This document shows, piece by piece, positions 56,999 through 64,000 of a stretch of DNA of 64,000 nt. Position 1 is the first letter of the stretch; the number at the start of each line of letters is the position of its first letter. A model generated the notes under the pieces. It was given only the letters and a program-made list of their open reading frames with translations. It was not told where the DNA came from and ran no database searches. Position numbers and translations under genes: made by a program. This DNA comes from Candidatus Omnitrophota bacterium. GTDB lineage: Bacteria; Omnitrophota; Gorgyraeia; Zapsychrales; Zapsychraceae. The stretch is taken from contig JADFYJ010000011.1 in assembly GCA_015233115.1 (NCBI GenBank), forward strand, positions 17,824-81,823. Reading direction: 5' to 3'.

Positions 56999-58198
56999 AT
57001 GTTTAATACTATTGAAGATGTTTTGCAGGATCTCCGTGAAGGAAAAATGGTTGTGGTCATGGATGACGAAGGCCGCGAGAATGAAGGCGATGTTTTATGC
57101 GCGGCGCAGTTTATTACTCCGGAAAAGATCAATTTTATGGCGCGTTATGCCCGCGGGTTGGTTTGTATTCCTATGACTGAAGACCGTTTAAATGAATTAG
57201 ATCTTCATCCCATGAAAGTGAATTTACACAGCCGGCATCAACGATGTGATACTGGCTGGGCGATATCTGTGGATGCGGCTCATGGTATAACAACTGGGAT
57301 TTCAGCTGGCGATCGGGCTTATACTACTCAGGTGTTAATTGATCCTAAATCTAAATCCGGCGACTTGATTACTCCCGGCCATTTGTTTCCATTACGCGCG
57401 GTTAAAGGCGGGGTTATGGTTCGCGCTGGACATACTGAAGCATCAGTTGACTTGACCCGTTTGGCTGGACTATATCCTGCCGGGGTTATTTGCGAGATTA
57501 TGAATGATGACGGAACAATGGCCCGCACGGAACAATTAACCCAGTTTGCTAAAAAACATCATTTAAAGATCTGTACGATTGATAGTCTGATTGAATATTT
57601 ACAGCAAAAAGAAAAGTTGATTGAGCGTATTGCTGAAACCAATATGCCGACCAGACATGGCGATTTCAAATTGTATGCTTATGAAACCACAGTTGACGAT
57701 TTGGTGCATATGGCATTAGTGATGGGTAATATTAATGATCATAAACCTGTGTTAGTCCGCGTTCAATCTGAATGTTTGACTGGCGACGTATTTGGTTCAT
57801 TGCGTTGTGATTGCAACGGCCAGTTGGAACATGCTTTTGAAGCGATTGCCAAAGAGGGCCGGGGCATTTTGTTATACATGAGACAAGAAGGCCGCGGAAT
57901 TGGATTAGCCAATAAATTGCGCGCGTATCATTTGCAGGATAATGGGATGGATACTGTGGAAGCTAATGAAGCTTTAGGGTTTGGCCCGGATTTACGAAAA
58001 TATGGTATGGGCGCGCAGATTTTGGCGGATTTAGGCGTAAAAGATTTGCGTTTATTGACTAATAATCCTCGTAAGATTGTTGGGTTAGAAGGTTTTGGTC
58101 TCAAAGTGGTGGAACGCGTCAGTTTACAGGTTCCGACTCACAAAGCCAATGAAAAATACATGAAGACCAAAAAAGAAAAATTGGGGCATATTCTATAA
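56999..58198 (+). CDS. ribBA: bifunctional 3,4-dihydroxy-2-butanone-4-phosphate synthase / GTP cyclohydrolase II
   Basis: 399 aa. It has an N-terminal DHBP synthase region (RENEGDVLCAAQFITPEKINFMA) and a C-terminal GTP cyclohydrolase II region (CDCNGQLE). Confidence 0.92.
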   Translation: MFNTIEDVLQDLREGKMVVVMDDEGRENEGDVLCAAQFITPEKINFMARYARGLVCIPMTEDRLNELDLHPMKVNLHSRHQRCDTGWAISVDAAHGITTGISAGDRAYTTQVLIDPKSKSGDLITPGHLFPLRAVKGGVMVRAGHTEASVDLTRLAGLYPAGVICEIMNDDGTMARTEQLTQFAKKHHLKICTIDSLIEYLQQKEKLIERIAETNMPTRHGDFKLYAYETTVDDLVHMALVMGNINDHKPVLVRVQSECLTGDVFGSLRCDCNGQLEHAFEAIAKEGRGILLYMRQEGRGIGLANKLRAYHLQDNGMDTVEANEALGFGPDLRKYGMGAQILADLGVKDLRLLTNNPRKIVGLEGFGLKVVERVSLQVPTHKANEKYMKTKKEKLGHIL

Positions 58199-58207
58199 AC
58201 AGTTATA

Positions 58208-58330
58208 GCGCGCGGTTGGGACGGTTTGCATTAAAACCAAATCCCTCGCTCAAACAGCAGCTCCGAAGCGGAGCTGAACTCGCTCTAGGATTCGGTTTTA
58301 ACGCCAACCTTAGTTTTTTTACGCGCGGTT
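58208..58330 (+). repeat. structured element of about 122 nt, copy 4 (covariant central hairpin)
   Basis: It has the same arms as copies 1 to 3. The central hairpin is replaced by cagctccg-aag-cggagctg, a different stem sequence with the same geometry. Confidence 0.8.
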
Positions 58331-58336
58331 TTTCTC

Positions 58337-58380
58337 GTAGGGGCGATCACCTGATCGCCCGCAACAAAATTATCGCTTTT
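58337..58380 (+). repeat. REP-like hairpin-terminator element, direct copy
   Basis: The sequence gtaggggcgatcacctgatcgcccgcaacaaaattatcgctttt. Confidence 0.8.
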
Positions 58381-58407
58381 TTGTTAAGAGAAAATTAATT
58401 TTAAATT

Positions 58408-58890
58408 ATGCAAACAATACAGTCAAAAAATAGCGGTAAAGGTTTTAGGATTGGGATAGTCGTATCTCGATTTAATGAGCATATTACGAATCGATTGCTG
58501 GATGGTTGTTTGGATGAATTAACGAAGCTGGGTGTGAAGAAGAATGATGTGACTGTGGTATGGGTTCCGGGTGCGTTTGAGATTCCTTTGGTGAGTGTTG
58601 AGTTAGCTAAGAAAAAAAATATTGATGCGGTGATATGTTTAGGTGCTATTGTTAAAGGGGAAACTCTGCATTATGATTTAGTCGCGAATGAGAGCGCGAG
58701 AGGCATTGCGCAGGCATCACTGATGACTGGCAAGCCTGTGATCTTTGAAGTATTGGCGGCAGATACCATGTTATTGGTTGAGAAGCGCGCGCAAGTTAAA
58801 GGTGACAACAAGGGCCGCGATGCAGCCAAGGCGGCAGTTGAGATGATTGATGTTATGAAAAAGATAAAAAATGCCGTATGTAGTATGTAG
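58408..58890 (+). CDS. ribH: 6,7-dimethyl-8-ribityllumazine synthase
   Basis: It carries the motif GFRIGIVVSRFNEHITNRLLDG...VWVPGAFEIP. The last codons and the stop run into the heptamer array. Confidence 0.9.
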   Translation: MQTIQSKNSGKGFRIGIVVSRFNEHITNRLLDGCLDELTKLGVKKNDVTVVWVPGAFEIPLVSVELAKKKNIDAVICLGAIVKGETLHYDLVANESARGIAQASLMTGKPVIFEVLAADTMLLVEKRAQVKGDNKGRDAAKAAVEMIDVMKKIKNAVCSM

Positions 58891-59112
58891 CATGTGGTAT
58901 GTGGATGAAGCGATTGGTGAAAAAACGTAGTGGATTTATAAATATTCTTTTTTCGAAAAAAGCAATTAAATGGAACAAGACATCGATAAAAAAATTTAAA
59001 TTAAACATATTAACAATCAGTTTTTGATTTTATGGATTTTTTTTGTGTCTTTTGTTTTTTTTAGACCAAATTAATTTTTTTACTACATACGACATACCAC
59101 ATACTACATACT
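58876..59112. repeat. inverted pair of GTATGTR heptamer arrays (58876-58905 and 59082-59112) bracketing the ribH-nusB intergenic region
   Basis: The left arm is gtatgtagtatgtagcatgtggtatgtgg. The right arm is actacatacgacataccacatactacatact. Confidence 0.8.
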
Positions 59113-59129
59113 TTTAGGACAAAACAAAC

Positions 59130-59558
59130 ATGCGAAAACGAAGTTTAGCCCGGGAACATGCTTTAAAAATTATGTATCAGGCCGAAATTAACCGTCGTCC
59201 GATGAGTGTATCGACTGGTATTTATTGGGGAGAAAATTTAGAAGAAAAAGATCATACGATTATAGATTTTTGTGACCGCTTGATCAATGGCATTGAACAG
59301 AATGTCGATAAAATCGACGCGGAAATTTCCAAGTATACAGAAAACTGGCAATTGAAGCGTATGGCTGTGATTGACCGGAATGTTTTACGCTTGGGCGTGT
59401 ATGAAATTTTAATGACCTCGGATATCCCTCCTAAAGTGACGATAAACGAAGCCGTGGAATTAGCCAAAAAATATGGCGATATGGAATCCGGCAAATTCGT
59501 AAACGGGATCTTGGATAAGATCCACAAAACTGAAAACATGAGCCACAAGACCATATGA
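59130..59558 (+). CDS. nusB: transcription antitermination factor NusB
   Basis: It carries the motifs REHALKIMYQAEIN...AVIDRNVLRLGVYEIL. Confidence 0.85.
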   Translation: MRKRSLAREHALKIMYQAEINRRPMSVSTGIYWGENLEEKDHTIIDFCDRLINGIEQNVDKIDAEISKYTENWQLKRMAVIDRNVLRLGVYEILMTSDIPPKVTINEAVELAKKYGDMESGKFVNGILDKIHKTENMSHKTI

Positions 59559-60379
59559 GCCGGTTTGCAGATCTTCATCTCCATACAAATTATTCAGACA
59601 GTACCTTCTCTCCTGAAGAAGTCGTTAATCAAGCGAAAACCGCGGGTATAGAGTGCATTGCTATCACGGATCATGATACAGTTGAGGCGGTTGCTTTAGC
59701 ATCTGAAGCGGGACAAAAATGCGGTATTGAAATTTTGCCTGGAATTGAATTATCGTCGGAAATTAATGGCAGGGAAGTCCATATTTTAGGATATCTTTTT
59801 GACTACCAGTCAGATTATGTTTTGAATTTTTTTAATTTAATGCAAAAAGAACGTTTGTCGCGCATGAAAAAAATGATCCTTAAGTTAAAAGAATTAGGAA
59901 TCAATAATATAGAATTTGAGGAAGTGTGCGCATTGACGAAAACGAATGCTGTGGGCCGGGCGCATTTGGCGCGTTTATTGTTAAAGAAGGGCTGGGTGAA
60001 GTATATTGGTGAGGCGTTTGAGAAATATTTGGCTGAAGGCAAACCGGTTTACTATCCTAAATATAAAATGACACCGTATGAAGCCATTGACATGATCAGA
60101 AAAGCGGGCGGTGTTCCGGTATTGGCACATCCGGCTGTAACAAGAACGGATGAATTGATCCCCAGTTTTGTGGAAGCAGGCCTTAAAGGTATTGAAGTTT
60201 TTTATCCCATGGTTCCCAAAGCCGGCATTGATTATTATAATGGTTTAGCAACCAAGTACGGGCTGATCGCGACAGGCGGATCAGATACGCATGGCACTAT
60301 CAAGCCGGATATTTATATCGGCATTATTAAATTGCCATATGAAAAAGTGGAACAGATGAAAGCGATTGTAAAGGGGTAA
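59555..60379 (+). CDS. PHP-domain phosphoesterase (TrpH/YciV-like)
   Basis: The N-terminal motif FADLHLHTNYSD and downstream His/Asp PHP motifs are present. ATGA overlap with nusB. Confidence 0.75.
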   Translation: MSRFADLHLHTNYSDSTFSPEEVVNQAKTAGIECIAITDHDTVEAVALASEAGQKCGIEILPGIELSSEINGREVHILGYLFDYQSDYVLNFFNLMQKERLSRMKKMILKLKELGINNIEFEEVCALTKTNAVGRAHLARLLLKKGWVKYIGEAFEKYLAEGKPVYYPKYKMTPYEAIDMIRKAGGVPVLAHPAVTRTDELIPSFVEAGLKGIEVFYPMVPKAGIDYYNGLATKYGLIATGGSDTHGTIKPDIYIGIIKLPYEKVEQMKAIVKG

Positions 60380-60412
60380 AGGGGTAAAGGTGGTAAAGGT
60401 GATAAAGGAAAA
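60375..60412. repeat. tandem heptamer array, GGTAAAG family
   Basis: The sequence aaaggggtaaaggggtaaaggtggtaaaggtgataaagg overlaps the PHP stop codon and the annotated ribD start. Confidence 0.7.
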
Positions 60413-61535
60413 CACGATTGATGGAAAAGCGACGGGTTTAAACATGAACGATGAACTATTTATGCAACGAGCGCTGGAATTGGCATTACAGGGCAAAGGG
60501 TATACTTCGCCTAATCCGATGGTCGGGGCGGTGATTGTAAAGAATAATAAGGTCATAGCAGAAGGATTTCATGCCCGTTGCGGGGAAGATCACGCGGAAA
60601 CTGCGGCTTTGAAAAAATGTAAAGGGAACGTGGCTAAAGGCGCTACTTTGTATGTGAACTTAGAGCCATGTTTTCATGAAGGCCGGACTCCGCCTTGCGT
60701 GGACGCGGTCATAGCGGCAGGTATCAAAGAAGTTGTTATCGCTATGAAAGACCCTAACCCTTTGACTAATGGCAAATCAATCCGAAAACTCAATAACGCA
60801 GGCATTACGACTCGGGTGGGAATTTTGGGGGATCAAGCGGGCCGTTTGAATGAAGCGTTTGTGAAATTTATTAAAGAAGGCATGCCGTTTGTGGTCGCGA
60901 AAGTGGCGCAGACGATTGATGGGAAAATAGCGACCACAGCGCGGGATTCCATGTGGATCACTTCTGAAAAAACCCGCGAAATGAGCCGCACCGTGCGCGC
61001 TGAATTTGACGCGATTTTAGTCGGCGTCAATACCATGATGGTGGATGATCCGCGGCTTGAACCTCAGGACGCCAAAAAAGTTTTAAAGAAAATCATCGTG
61101 GATACCCGTCTCAGGGTGCCGCTTATTTCTAAGATTTTTAAAAAACCTGAGCAATGCATCGTGGCTACGACCAACAAGGCTGCCCTCAGCCAAATCTCTT
61201 TATTAAAGCACAAAGGGATTGAGGTGATAGTCTGTCCGGTGAGGAATAATAAAGTTGATTTGAAATGGCTTTTCAAAGAATTAGCGAAAGAAAACATCAC
61301 GAGCATTTTGATCGAGGGCGGTTCTGAAGTAATCGGCAGCGCGCTGAAAGAAGGGCTGGTCGATAAAATGCATATTTATATTGCTCCGAAAATTGTGGGC
61401 GATCAAAAAGCGCTCAGTTCTGTGACGGGCATGAATATTTCAAAAATAGAAGAGGCCTTGCAATTAAAAGATTTACAGGTATTATATTTTCATCCAGATA
61501 TAAGGATTGAAGGTTATGTTCTCAGGAATAGTTGA
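60390..61535 (+). CDS. ribD: bifunctional diaminohydroxyphosphoribosylaminopyrimidine deaminase / 5-amino-6-(5-phosphoribosylamino)uracil reductase
   Basis: It has the deaminase zinc motifs (HAE...PCxxC) and a C-terminal reductase domain. The true start may be ATG 60444 (MNDELFMQRALELA). The first 18 codons of the 60390 ORF are the heptamer array. Confidence 0.88.
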   Translation: MVKVIKENTIDGKATGLNMNDELFMQRALELALQGKGYTSPNPMVGAVIVKNNKVIAEGFHARCGEDHAETAALKKCKGNVAKGATLYVNLEPCFHEGRTPPCVDAVIAAGIKEVVIAMKDPNPLTNGKSIRKLNNAGITTRVGILGDQAGRLNEAFVKFIKEGMPFVVAKVAQTIDGKIATTARDSMWITSEKTREMSRTVRAEFDAILVGVNTMMVDDPRLEPQDAKKVLKKIIVDTRLRVPLISKIFKKPEQCIVATTNKAALSQISLLKHKGIEVIVCPVRNNKVDLKWLFKELAKENITSILIEGGSEVIGSALKEGLVDKMHIYIAPKIVGDQKALSSVTGMNISKIEEALQLKDLQVLYFHPDIRIEGYVLRNS

Positions 61536-62199
61536 AGAAACAGGGATTGTTCAGAAAATTGATCAAAAGCCGAATTTGCACACGCTTTTTATTAAAGGCC
61601 GCAAAGTGCTGGAAGATGCCAATGCCGGTGATAGTATTTGCGTGAGCGGCGTGTGTTTGACTGTGACCAAGCGGATTAGTGATGTGCTGGTTTTTGATAT
61701 CATGTTAGAGACAATCCGTAAGACCACCTTAGGCGTCTTGAAACCGGGCAGCCGGGTGAATTTGGAGCGCGCCTTGAAGATGGAAAGCCGGATCAGCGGT
61801 CATTTTGTAAGCGGTCACGTGGACCAGATGGAAACGATCAAGGATGTGGTTACTGGTGAGAATTACACCGAATTAAGAATTACAGTCAGTCCATCATTAA
61901 AAAAATATATCGTGCCAAAAGGGTCAGTTTGTTTAGACGGCGTGAGTTTAACCGTCGGTGATGTACGAAAAAATGATTTCTCCGTGTATTTAATCCCTTT
62001 CACGCTGGACGTGACCACTTTGGGGTTGAACAAAAAAGGGGATTCCATTAATATTGAGACTGATATTTTAGCCAAATATGTGCTGGCAGCCCAAGCAGGT
62101 AAAAATGTATCGCCGTATTCGGCAGTTAAAAAGGTCACAAAGTCACAAGGGCACAAGGTCACAAAGGGAAATAAAGATAAGAAAAAAAACAAATTTTAG
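61507..62199 (+). CDS. ribE: riboflavin synthase alpha chain
   Basis: The sequence MFSGIVEETG... is present, and the domain with the C-terminal half is duplicated. The C-terminal 25 aa (KKVTKSQGHKVTKGNKDKKKNKF) are encoded by a heptamer array. Confidence 0.88.
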   Translation: MKVMFSGIVEETGIVQKIDQKPNLHTLFIKGRKVLEDANAGDSICVSGVCLTVTKRISDVLVFDIMLETIRKTTLGVLKPGSRVNLERALKMESRISGHFVSGHVDQMETIKDVVTGENYTELRITVSPSLKKYIVPKGSVCLDGVSLTVGDVRKNDFSVYLIPFTLDVTTLGLNKKGDSINIETDILAKYVLAAQAGKNVSPYSAVKKVTKSQGHKVTKGNKDKKKNKF

Positions 62200-62288
62200 A
62201 AAGCTGGTTTATTTTAAATTTTTTATTTTATGTTAAGTTTTTAATTTTTGTCTTTTTGTGACCTTGTGACTTTGTGTCCTTGCGACCT
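62133..62288. repeat. inverted pair of GTCACAA heptamer arrays (62133-62167 inside the ribE 3' end and 62257-62288)
   Basis: The left arm is ggtcacaaagtcacaagggcacaaggtcacaaagg. The right arm is tgtgaccttgtgactttgtgtccttgcgacc. Confidence 0.8.
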
Positions 62289-62310
62289 AACAGACAGAAA
62301 GGGTAAATTA

Positions 62311-62751
62311 ATGCAATTAAATGTAATGGAAATACAAAAAGTGATTCCGCACCGGTTTCCTTTTTTAATGATTGACCGGGTTATTGAGCTGATACCCAAT
62401 GAAAAATTGGTGGCGATTAAAAATGTGACCGTCAATGAACATCAATTCGTGGGACATTTTCCAAACGAAAAAGTCATGCCTGGCGTATTGATGATTGAAG
62501 CTATGGCGCAAGCGGGTTGTGTATATTTTCATTACAGCAAAAATCCGGAACAAAAAGAATTGATTTATTATTTGGCTAAAACAGAAGCTAAATTTCATAG
62601 TGTGGTGGTTCCGGGCGATCAATTACGGATTGAAATTACTCCAGTTAAATTAATTGCCCGAGCCGGATTTATTCAAGCTAAAGCTTATGTAGGCGATAAA
62701 CTCGCTGTTGAAGCACAGATTGGATTTGGGATTAAAGAAGTTAGTAAGTAA
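62311..62751 (+). CDS. fabZ: 3-hydroxyacyl-ACP dehydratase FabZ
   Basis: It has the hot-dog fold motifs (IPHRFPFLMIDRV...GHFPNEKVMPGVL). The start is at ATG 62311 after AAAGGG, and the ORF-track start 62248 reads through the array. Confidence 0.88.
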   Translation: MQLNVMEIQKVIPHRFPFLMIDRVIELIPNEKLVAIKNVTVNEHQFVGHFPNEKVMPGVLMIEAMAQAGCVYFHYSKNPEQKELIYYLAKTEAKFHSVVVPGDQLRIEITPVKLIARAGFIQAKAYVGDKLAVEAQIGFGIKEVSK

Positions 62752-62836
62752 AGTATTATCTTGCCTAATTATTTGACGAAAAGTTTGTGTTCTGATAGAC
62801 TAGGTCGTCATTTATTGTTAACTTAAAAATATTTGT

Positions 62837-62913
62837 CGGGGAGTAGCGCAGCTGGCTAGCGCGCATCGTTCGGGACGATGAGGTCGAGGGTTCAAATCCC
62901 TCCTCCCCGACCA
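62837..62913 (+). tRNA. tRNA-Pro (anticodon CGG)
   Basis: A 77-nt cloverleaf with C1-G72, typical of bacterial tRNA-Pro. The anticodon loop is UUCGGGA, the T arm is GAGGG-TTCAAAT-CCCTC and CCA is encoded. Confidence 0.92.
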
Positions 62914-62931
62914 TTTTATAAAGAGCCCACT

Positions 62932-63309
62932 ATGGAAGATCAACCAATCCCATCTAAACATGTTATGGATCCCCGCCAAGAGAGAAATTGGGCGGTCGGT
63001 ATCCATTTGTCGCAATTGGCCTTATGCGCAGGCATCTTATTCGGCAATCTTATCATCCCTTTAGTCATTTGGCTCATCAAGAAAAATGAAAGCCCTTTAA
63101 TTGACCATGAGGGAAAAAAAGTTTTAAATTTTCAAATTTCCATGATGATTTATTTTATTGTGACTGGGCTGACATGTTTTATTTTGATCGGATTTATTTT
63201 AGTTCCGGTCCTTTTTATTTTAGATGTAATTTTTATTATTATTGGCTCCGTGAATACCAGTAATGGCATAGATCACAAATATCCGTTTACTATTGAATTT
63301 ATTCGATGA
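62932..63309 (+). CDS. DUF4870-family small membrane protein
   Basis: It carries the motif [51 protein letters not shown]. The start is at ATG 62932, and the longer ORF overlaps the tRNA. Confidence 0.6.
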   Translation: MEDQPIPSKHVMDPRQERNWAVGIHLSQLALCAGILFGNLIIPLVIWLIKKNESPLIDHEGKKVLNFQISMMIYFIVTGLTCFILIGFILVPVLFILDVIFIIIGSVNTSNGIDHKYPFTIEFIR

Positions 63310-63572
63310 TTGCCCATATTATTTATACCGGCCAGGTGCAGGGGGTGGGATTTCGCTACACGGCGCAGAATATCGCCAGGCAACACGGGATAAAAGGCTG
63401 GGTAAAGAACTTGCCTGGCGGGCCGGTGGAAGTTTATGCGGACGGGACACAGCGGAAATTAGACGAGTTTTGCGCTGAGCTGGAAGATTTTTTCCGGGAT
63501 AATATTTCAGATAAACAAATTTCATATATAGACGAGAAAAGCCAGTTCGGAGATTTTAGAATTGGTTATTGA
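63306..63572 (+). CDS. acyP: acylphosphatase
   Basis: It has the signature VQGVGFRYT, and the WVKNLPGG(P)VEV block is present. Confidence 0.85.
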   Translation: MIAHIIYTGQVQGVGFRYTAQNIARQHGIKGWVKNLPGGPVEVYADGTQRKLDEFCAELEDFFRDNISDKQISYIDEKSQFGDFRIGY

Positions 63573-63575
63573 GGT

Positions 63576-64000
63576 ATGGATAAATCAACGGCACAGAAAA
63601 AAATAGCTGAGCTCGCTCAAATTATTGAGGAGCACAATGACCGTTATTACGTTCTTTCTGAACCAACTATTTCTGATAAAGAATATGATGATCTGTTAAG
63701 AGAATTAGCCGAGCTGGAAAAGAAGTATCCGGAATTAAAAGATGCTAATTCACCAACGAGCCGAGTGGGTGTAAAGATTTCGTCTGATGTGCCGACGGTT
63801 AGGCATAGGGTGAAAATGTATTCGTTGGATAATACGTATTCGACGGATGATATTCTGCAATGGCATAAGAGGGTGGAATCGGGTTTAAAGGATCAAAAGT
63901 TTGAATATGTGGTTGAGCTGAAAATTGATGGGGTGAGCGCGTCTTTGCTTTATGAACACGGCCGTTTAGTTTTGGGCGCGACCCGCGGCGATGGGGTGAC
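63576..64000 (+). CDS. ligA: NAD-dependent DNA ligase, N-terminal fragment (continues beyond the window)
   Basis: It has the Ia domain and the adenylation motif (KIDGVSASLLYE with the KxDG lysine). Confidence 0.85.
   Translation, partial: MDKSTAQKKIAELAQIIEEHNDRYYVLSEPTISDKEYDDLLRELAELEKKYPELKDANSPTSRVGVKISSDVPTVRHRVKMYSLDNTYSTDDILQWHKRVESGLKDQKFEYVVELKIDGVSASLLYEHGRLVLGATRGDGV

Noticed and set aside
20316-59112. Heptamer tandem arrays interpreted as CRISPR arrays.
   Set aside because: The repeat unit is only 7 nt with no intervening unique spacers of 25 to 40 nt, no leader and no cas genes. The architecture is an inverted pair, not a direct repeat-spacer array.
62818-63015. A minus-strand ORF of 65 aa overlapping tRNA-Pro.
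   Set aside because: It is the antisense of a tRNA gene and of the start of a conserved DUF4870 gene, so I treat it as spurious.

Overview
This 64 kb window comes from a low-GC (about 40 percent) bacterium with a diderm envelope, supported by an MlaEFD operon, a beta-barrel OMP ending in F, and a Flp-type pilin. Its metabolism looks anaerobic and fermentative: single-chain PFOR, a fused ADP-forming acetyl-CoA synthetase, PPDK and several radical SAM enzymes. Nearly all genes are on the + strand and most are housekeeping. They include glyQS, ppdK, an RpoD-family sigma factor, apt, rpsO-pnp, ftsK, a RodZ-like protein, rimO-pgsA, pgpA, a BI-1 family protein, and ribBA-ribH-nusB-PHP-ribD-ribE. 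They also include fabZ, two DUF4870 proteins, acyP and the 5' part of ligA. There are two tRNAs, Arg-CCT and Pro-CGG. I found no rRNA, CRISPR array, transposase or integrase. Two features stand out. First, there are two paralogous giant secreted proteins of 2116 and 1669 aa. They share a signal peptide, an N-terminal domain of about 330 aa and a C-terminal domain of about 50 aa, but carry completely different central enzymatic modules. Both also carry a nucleotide-identical UUCG hairpin inside the coding sequence. Second, the intergenic repeat content is extraordinarily dense and organised. (i) Tandem arrays of 7-nt units from several sequence families occur in inverted pairs that bracket intergenic or promoter regions, and in places they run into coding sequence. 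(ii) A REP-like hairpin plus conserved tail element acts as the generic 3' terminator, with about 10 copies, some as inverted pairs. (iii) A structured element of about 122 nt occurs in 4 copies, with compensatory base-pair covariation that argues for a conserved RNA or DNA secondary structure. Other points of note are a ParA ATPase fused to a CBM48 glycogen-binding domain, an orphan AmmeMemoRadiSam-type radical SAM enzyme next to a NosR-like FMN-binding membrane protein, and a riboflavin operon that lacks a recognisable FMN riboswitch. Taxonomic placement cannot be made from the sequence alone.
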